From the human T2T-CHM13v2.0 reference genome, Homo sapiens, in NCBI RefSeq assembly GCF_009914755.1, contig NC_060933.1: DNA of 64,000 nucleotides; one strand, written 5' to 3'. Under the pieces are notes generated by a model. The model saw nothing but the letters and a program-made list of their open reading frames with translations, was not told the origin of the DNA and did not search any database. Below, in pieces: positions 56,606-64,000 of the stretch (positions are counted from its first letter, which is position 1; each line of letters starts with the position of its first letter). The translations under genes and the position numbers were made by a program.

Positions 56606-59600
56606 ATCAACCCGAGTGCAGGGGAATGGAATGGAATTGAAGGCAATGGAATGGAATCATCCGGAATTGAATGGAATGGAATGGAATCAACTCGATTGCA
56701 ATGGAATGCAATGGAATGCAATGGAATGGAATGGAATGGAATGGAATGGAATGGAATGGAATGGAATGGAATTAACCCGCATAGAATGGAATTGAATGGA
56801 ATGGAATGGAATGGAAGTAAATGGAATGGATTGTAATGAACCCGAGGGCAGGGGAATGGAATGGAATGGAATGCAATGGAATGGAGTCATCCGGAATGGA
56901 ACAGAAAGGTATGGAATGGAATCAACCCGTGTGCAATGGAATGGAAAGGAATGGAATGGAATGGAATGGAATGGAATGGAATGGAATGGATTCAACCCGA
57001 ATGGAATGGAAAGGAAGGGAATCAACCCAAGTGGAATGGCATGGAATGGAATGGAATGGAATGGAATGGTACCGAATAGAATGGAATGGAACGAAATGGA
57101 ATAGAATGGAATGGAATGGTATGGAAACAACCCGAATGGAATGGAATGAAATGGAGTGTAAGAGAATTGAATACAATCAATCCGAATGTAATGGAATGGA
57201 ATGGAACGGAATGGAATGGAATGGAATGGAATGCAGTGGAATGGAATCAAACCTAGTGCAATGGAATGGAATGGAATGGAATGGAATGGAATGGAATGGA
57301 ATGGAATGGATTCAACCCAAATGGAATGGAAAGCAATGGAATCAACCCGAGTGGAATGGCATGGAATGGAATGGAACGGAATGGAATGGAATGGAATGGA
57401 ATGGAATGGAATGGAATGGTACGGAATAGAATGGAATGGAACGAAATGGAATGGAATGGAATGGAATGGAATGGAACGGAAAGGAATGGAATGGATTCAA
57501 CTCGAATGGAATGGAAAGGAATGGAATCAACCCGAGTGGAATAGCATGGATTGGAATGGAAAGGAATGGAATGGAATGGTACGGAATAGAGTGGAATGGA
57601 ACGAAATGGAATGGAATGGAATGGAATGGAATGGAATGGAATGGAATGGAATCAACCCGAGTGCAGGGGAATGGAGTGGAATGGAAGGCAATGGAATGGA
57701 ATCATCCGGAATGGAATGGAATGGAATGGAATGGAATGGAATGGAATGGAATGGAATGGAATGGAATCAACCTGAGTGCAGGGGAATGGAATGCAATGGA
57801 ATGCAATGGAATGGAATGGAATGCAATGGAAACAACTCGATTGCAATGGAATGGAATGGAATGGAATGGAATGGAATGGAATGGAATGGAATGGAATGGA
57901 ATTAACCTGAACAGAATGGAATGGAATGGAATGGAATGGAACGGAATGGAATGGAATGGAATGGAATGGAATCAACCCGAGTGCAGGGGAATGGAATGGA
58001 ATGGAATGCAATGGAATGGATTCATCCGGAATGGAATGGAATTGAATGGAATGCAATGGAATGGATTCATCCGGAATGGAATGGAATGGAATGGAATGCA
58101 ATGGAATGGAATCAATCAACCCGAGTGCAATGCAATGGAGTGGAATGGAATGGAATGGAACGGAAACTACCCGAATGGAATGGAATGTAATAGAGTGTAA
58201 AGGAATTGAAAAGAATCAATCCGAATGTAATGGAATGGAATGGAACGGAATGAAATGGAATGGCATGGAATGGAATGGAATCAACCCGAGTTCAATGGAA
58301 TGGAATTGAACGGAATGGAATGGAAACGAATGGATTCAACCCGAATGGAATGGAAAGGAATGGAATGGAATGGAATGGAATGGTACGGAATAGAATGGAA
58401 TGGAATGGAATGGACCCGTGTGCAATGGATTGGAATGGAATGTAATGGAATGGAATGGAATGGAATGGAATGGTTTCAACTCGAATGGAATGGAAAGGAA
58501 TGGAATCAACCCGAGTGGCACGGCATGGAATGGAATGGAATGGAATGGAATGGAATGGAAAGGAATGGAATAGAATGAAATGGAATGGAATGGAATGGAA
58601 TGGAAACAACACGAGTGCAATGTAATGGAATCGAGTGGAATGGAATTGAATGGATAGGAATGGATTCAATCCGAATGGAATGGAAAGGAATTGAATCAAC
58701 CCGAGAGGAATAGCATGGAATGGAGTGGAATGGAATGGAATGGAATGGAATGGTAAGGAATAGAATGGAATGGAACTAAATGGAATGGAATGGAATGGAA
58801 TGGAATGGAATAGAATGAACCCGTGTGCAATGGAATGGAATCGAATGGAATGGAATGGAATGGAATGGATTCAACTCGAATGGAATGGAAAGGAATGGAA
58901 TCAACCCGAGTGGAATAGCATGGATTGGAATGGAAAGGAATGGAATGGAATGGTACGGAATAGAGTGGAATGGAACGAAATGGAATGGAATGGAATGGAA
59001 TGGAATGGAATGGAATGGAATGGAATCAACCCGAGTGCAGGGGAATGGAGTGGAATGCAAGGCAATGGAATGGAATCATCCGGAATTGAATGGAATGGAA
59101 TGGAATGGAATGGAATCAACTCGATTGAAATGGAATGGAATGGAATGGAATGGAGTGAATGGGAATGGAATGGAATGTAATGAACCCGAGTGCAGGGGAA
59201 AGGAATGGAATGGAATGCAATGGAATGGAGTCATCCTGAATGGAACGGAATGGAATGGAATGGAATCAACCCGTGTGCAATATAATGGAATCGAAAGGAA
59301 TGGAATGGAATGGAATGGATTCAACCCAAATGGAATGAAAAGGAATGGAATAAACCCGAGTGGAATGGCATGGAATGGAGTGGAATGGAATGGAATGGAA
59401 TGGTACAGAATAGAATGGAACGGAATGAAATGGAATGGAATGGAATGGAATGGAATGGAACGGAATGCAATGGAATGGAATGGAATGGAATGGAATGGAA
59501 TGAACCCGTGTGCAATGGAATGGAATGGAATGGAATGGGTTCAACACTAATGGAATGCAAAGGAATGGAATCAACACGAGTGGAATGGCATGGAATGGAA

Positions 59601-62600
59601 TGGAATGGAATGGAATGGAATGGAATGGAATGAAATGGAATGGAATGGAATGGAATGGAATCAACCTGAGTGCAGTGTAATGGAATGGAATGGAATGGAA
59701 TGGATTCAACACGAATGGAATGGAAAGGAATGGAATAAATCCGCGTGGAATGGCATGGAATGGAGTGGAATGGAATGGAATGGAATGGAATGGAATCAAC
59801 CCGAGTGCAATGTAATGGAATCGAATGGAATGGAATGGAATGGAATGGATTCAACCCGAATGGAATGGAAAGGAATGGAATAAACCCGAGTGGAATGGCA
59901 TGGAGTGGCGTGGAATGGAATGGAATGGAATGGAATGGAATGGAATGGTACGGAATAGAATGGAATGGAACGAAATGGAATGGAATGGAATGGAATGGAA
60001 TGGAATGGAATGGAATGAACCCGTGTGCAATGGAATGGAATCGAATGGAATGGAATGGATTGGAATGGATTCAACTCGAATGGAATGGAAAGGAATGGAA
60101 TCAACCCGAGTGGAATGGCATGGAATGGAATGGAATGGAATGGAATGGAATGGAATGGAATGGTACGGAATAGAATGGAAAGGAACGAAATGGAATGGAA
60201 TGAAATGGAATGGAATGGAATGGAATGGAATGGAATGGAATGGAATGGAATGGAATCAACCCGAGTGCAGGGGAATGGAATGGAATTGAAGGCAATGGAA
60301 TGGAATCATCCGGAATTGAATGGAATGGAATGGAATCAACTCGATTGCAATGGAATGGAATGGAATGGAATGGAATGGAATGGAATGGAATGGAATTAAC
60401 CCGAATAGAATGGAATGGAATGGAATGGAAGTAAATGGAATGGAAGGTAATGAACCCGAGTACAGGGGAATGGAATGGAATGGAATGCAATGGAATGGAG
60501 TCATCCGGAATGGAACGGAAAGGAATGGAATGGAACCAACACGTGTGCAATGGAATTGAAAGGAATGGAATGGAATGGAATGGAATGGAATGGAATGGAA
60601 TGGAATGGATTCAACCCGAATGGAATGGAAAGGAAGGGAATCAACCCAAGTGGAATGGCATGGAATGGAATGGATTGGAATGGAATGGAATGGAATGGTA
60701 CCGAATGGAATAGAATGGAATGGTACCGAATAGAATGGAATGGAACGAAATGGAATGGAATGGAATGGAATGGAATGGAATGAACCCGTGTGCAATGGAT
60801 TGGAATGGAATGGAATGGAATGGAATGGAATGGAATGGGTTCGACTCGAATGGAACGGAATGGAATGAAATCAAACCTAGTGGAATGGCATGGAATGGAA
60901 TGGAATGGAATGGAATGGAAAGAATTGAAACAACACGAGTGCAATGTAATGGAATCGAATGGAATGGAATGCAATGGATTCAACCCAAATGGAATGGAAA
61001 CGAATGGAATAAAACCGAGTGGAATGGCATGGAATGGAGTCTAATGGAATGGAATGGAATGGAATGGTATGGAATAGAATGGAATGGAACGAAATGGAAT
61101 GGAATGGAATGGAATGAAATCAACCCGTGTGCAATGGAATGGAATGGAATGGAATGGAATGGAATGGATTCAACTTGAATGGAATGGAAAGGAATGGAAT
61201 CAACCCGAGTGGAATGGCGTGGAATGGAATGGAATGGAATGGAATGGAATGGAATTAACCCTAATAGAATGGAATGGAATGGAATGGAATGGAATGGAAT
61301 GGAATGGAATGGAATGGAATGGAAGGAAATGGAATGGAATGGAATGGAATGGAATGGAATGGAATGGAATGGAATGGTACGGAATAGAATTGAATGGAAC
61401 GAAATGGAATGGAATGGAATGGAATGGAATGGAATGGAATGGAATGGAATGGAATCAACCCGAGTGCAGGGGAATGGAATGGAATGGAAGGCAATGGAAT
61501 GACATCATTCGGAATTGAATGGAATGGAATGGAATGGAATGGAATCAACTCGATTGAAATGGAATGGAATGGAATGGAATGGAATGGAATGGAATGGAAT
61601 GGAATGGAATGGAATGGAAGTGAATGGAATGGAATGTAATGAAACCGAGTGCAGGGGAATGGAATGGAATGGAATGCAATGGAATGGAGTCATCCGGAAT
61701 GGAACGGAATGGAATGGAATGGAATCAACCCGAGTGCAATGGAATGGAATGGAATGGAAAGGAATGGAATGGAATGGACTCAACCCGAATGGAATGAAAA
61801 GGAATGGTATCAACCAGAGTGGAATGGAATGGAATCGAATGGAAAGGAAAGGAATAGAATGGAATCAACCCGAGTGGAATGGAATGGAAAGGACTGGAAT
61901 GGAATGGAATGGAATGCAATGGAATCAACTCGATTGCAATGAAATGGAATGGAATGGAATGGAATGGAATGGAATGGAATGGAATGGAATGGAATAGAAT
62001 GGAAAGGAATCACCCCAAGTGCAGGGGAATTTAATGGAATGGAATGCAGTGGAATGGAATCATCCGGAATGGAATGGAATGGAATGGAATGGAACGGAAT
62101 GGAATGGAATCAACTCGCTTTCAATGGAATGGAAAGGAATGGAATGGAATGGAATGCAATGGAATCGTACGGAATAGAATGGAATGGAACGAAATGGAAT
62201 GTAATGGAATGGAATGGAATGGAATGGAATGGAATGGAATGGAACGGAATGGAATGGAATGGGTTCAACTCGAATGGAATGGAAAGGAATGGAATCAACA
62301 CGAGTGGAATGGCATGGAATGGAATGGAATTGAATGAAATGGAATGGAATGGAATGGAATGAAATGTAATGGAATGGAAAGGAATGGAATCAACACGAGT
62401 GGAATGGCATGGAATGGAATGGAATTGAATGAAATGGAATGGAATGGAATGGAATGAAATGTAATGGAATGGAATGGAATGGAATCAACCCGAGTGCAAT
62501 GTAATGGAATCGAATGGAATGGAATGGAATGGAATGGATTCAACCAGAATGGAAAGGAAAGGAATGGAATAAACCCGAGTGGAATGGCATGGAATGGAGT

Positions 62601-64000
62601 GGAATGGAATGGAATGGAATGGAATGGAATGGTACGGAATAGAATGGAATGGAAGGAAATGGAATGGAATGGAATGGAATGGAATGGAATGGAATGGAAT
62701 GAACCCGTGTGCAATAGAATGGAATCGAATGGAATGGAATGGATTGGAATGGATTGAACTCGAATGGAATGGAAAGGAATGGAATCAACCCGAGTGGAAT
62801 GGCATGGAATGGAATGGAATGGAATGGAATGCAATCATTCCGAGTGGAATAGAAGGGAATGAATTCGAGTGGAATGGAAAGGAATGGAATCAACCAGAGT
62901 GGAATGGAAGGGAATGGAATGGAATGGAAACTAATAAAATGGAATCAAAACGAGTGGAATGGAATGGAAAGGACTTGAATGGAATGGAATGGAATGGAAT
63001 GGAATGGAATGGAATGGAATCAACTCGATTGCTAGGGAATGTAAGGGAATGGAATGGAATGGAATTAACCCGAATAGAATGGAATGGAATGGAATGGAAT
63101 CAACCTGAGTGCAGGGGAATGGAATGCAATGGAATGCAATGGAATGGAATGGAATGGAATGCAATGGAATCAACTAGATTGCAATGGAATGAAATGGAAT
63201 GGAATGGAATGGAATGGAATGGAATGGAATGGAATTAACCTGAACAGAATGGAATGGAATGGAATGGAATGGAATGGAATGGAATGGAACGGAATGGAAT
63301 GGAATGGAATGGAATGGAATCAACCAGAGTGCAGGGGAATGGAATGGAATGGAATGCAATGGAATGGAATCATCCGGAATGGAATTGAATGGAATGGAAT
63401 GCAATGGAATGGAATCAATCAACCCGAGTGCAATGCAATGGAGTGTAATGGAATCGAATGGAATGGAAACTACCCGAATGGAATGGAATGTAATGGAGTG
63501 TAAGGGAATTGAATAGAATCAATCCGAATGTAATGGAATGGAATGGAACGGAATGAAATGGAATGGCATGGAATGGAATGGAATCAACCCGAGTGCAATG
63601 GAATGGAATTGAACGGAATGGAATGGAAAGGAATGGATTCAACCCGAATGGAATGGAAAGGAATGTAATAAACCCGAGTGGAATGGCATGGAACGGAATG
63701 AAATGGAGTGGAATGGAATGGAATGGAATGGAATGGAATGGTACGGAATAGAATGGAATGGAACGAAATGGAATAGAATGGAATGGAATGGAATGGAATG
63801 AAACCGTGTGCAATGGAATGGAATGGAATGGAATGGAATGGAATGGAATGCAAGGGGTTCGACTCGAATGGAATGGAATGGAATGGAATCAACCCGAGTG
63901 GAATGGCATGGAATGGAATGGAATGGAATGGAATGGAATGGAATGGAATGGAAACAACACGAGTGCAATGTAATGGAATGGAATGGAATGGAATGGAATG
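56606..64000 (+). repeat. HSat3 sub-domain type B; second (truncated) copy of the ~15.6-kb unit
   Basis: Near-identical to 41045-48398. Matching ORF pairs include 41125..41688/56687..57250, 44909..45391/60501..60983 and 47813..48211/63415..63813. Confidence 0.93.

Larger units (their letters stand above)
41045..56635 (+). repeat. First, complete copy of the ~15.6-kb higher-order unit (B half plus A half)
   Basis: Private words (GGATTGTAATGAACCCGAGGGC, GTGGCACGGC, GGACCCGTG, GACATCATTCGG, CACCCCAAG, GATTGCTAGGG) recur 15557-15607 bp downstream. Confidence 0.88.
1..64000 (+). repeat. Satellite III (HSat3) array: (GGAAT)n/(ATTCC)n with CAACCCGAGT-type interruptions
   Basis: The GGAAT pentamer dominates every line from base 1 to 64000 in one orientation. 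Recurrent CAACCCGAGT, CAACCCGAAT, CAACTCGATT and TTAACCCGAATAG words are typical of Satellite III. No non-satellite sequence seen. Confidence 0.98.

Noticed and set aside
2-63973. Several hundred ORFs of 60-394 aa in all six frames
   Set aside because: All translate the pentamer (MEWNG or IPFHS) and overlap in every frame. They exist only because GGAAT/ATTCC repeats have no stop codon.
1-64000. CRISPR-like array (constant words separated by spacers)
   Set aside because: The spacers are GGAAT runs of variable length, not unique sequence. There is no leader and no cas gene, and the context is a primate satellite.
1-64000. HSat2 or Y-chromosome DYZ1 identity; specific chromosome assignment such as 9q12
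   Set aside because: It lacks the GAATCATCGAAT-rich HSat2 pattern and a regular ~3.6-kb period. I cannot fix the chromosome or sub-family without alignment.
1-64000. Inversions or embedded Alu/L1/alpha-satellite fragments
   Set aside because: No ATTCC-oriented tract and no non-satellite stretch longer than ~20 bp was seen.

Overview
All 64 kb is human/great-ape-type Satellite III (HSat3). It consists of (GGAAT)n on the + strand with no strand inversion, interrupted every ~30-100 bp by the classic CAACCCGA(G/A)T word and its relatives. I see no genes, RNA genes, transposons or unique sequence. Every ORF in the track is an artefact of a stop-free pentamer (MEWNG on +, IPFHS on -). No novel protein-coding system can be supported; the information is in the higher-order architecture. 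(1) Two sub-types with different interruption words alternate: type A at ~1-1.66, 5.08-21.28 and 48.72-56.6 kb; type B at ~1.66-5.08, 21.28-48.72 and 56.6-64 kb. (2) There is a young ~15.6-kb tandem duplication (41.05-56.63 kb, then again from 56.6 kb to the window end), with a junction readable at a shared motif. (3) There are a ~5.2-kb duplication, ~1.65/3-kb and ~2.4-kb units, and many small in-register duplications. (4) I found 13 perfect three-unit heat-shock elements (GGAATCTTCCGGAAT), all in type A domains. Coordinates and counts were read by eye and may be off by a few bases; domain edges are approximate.
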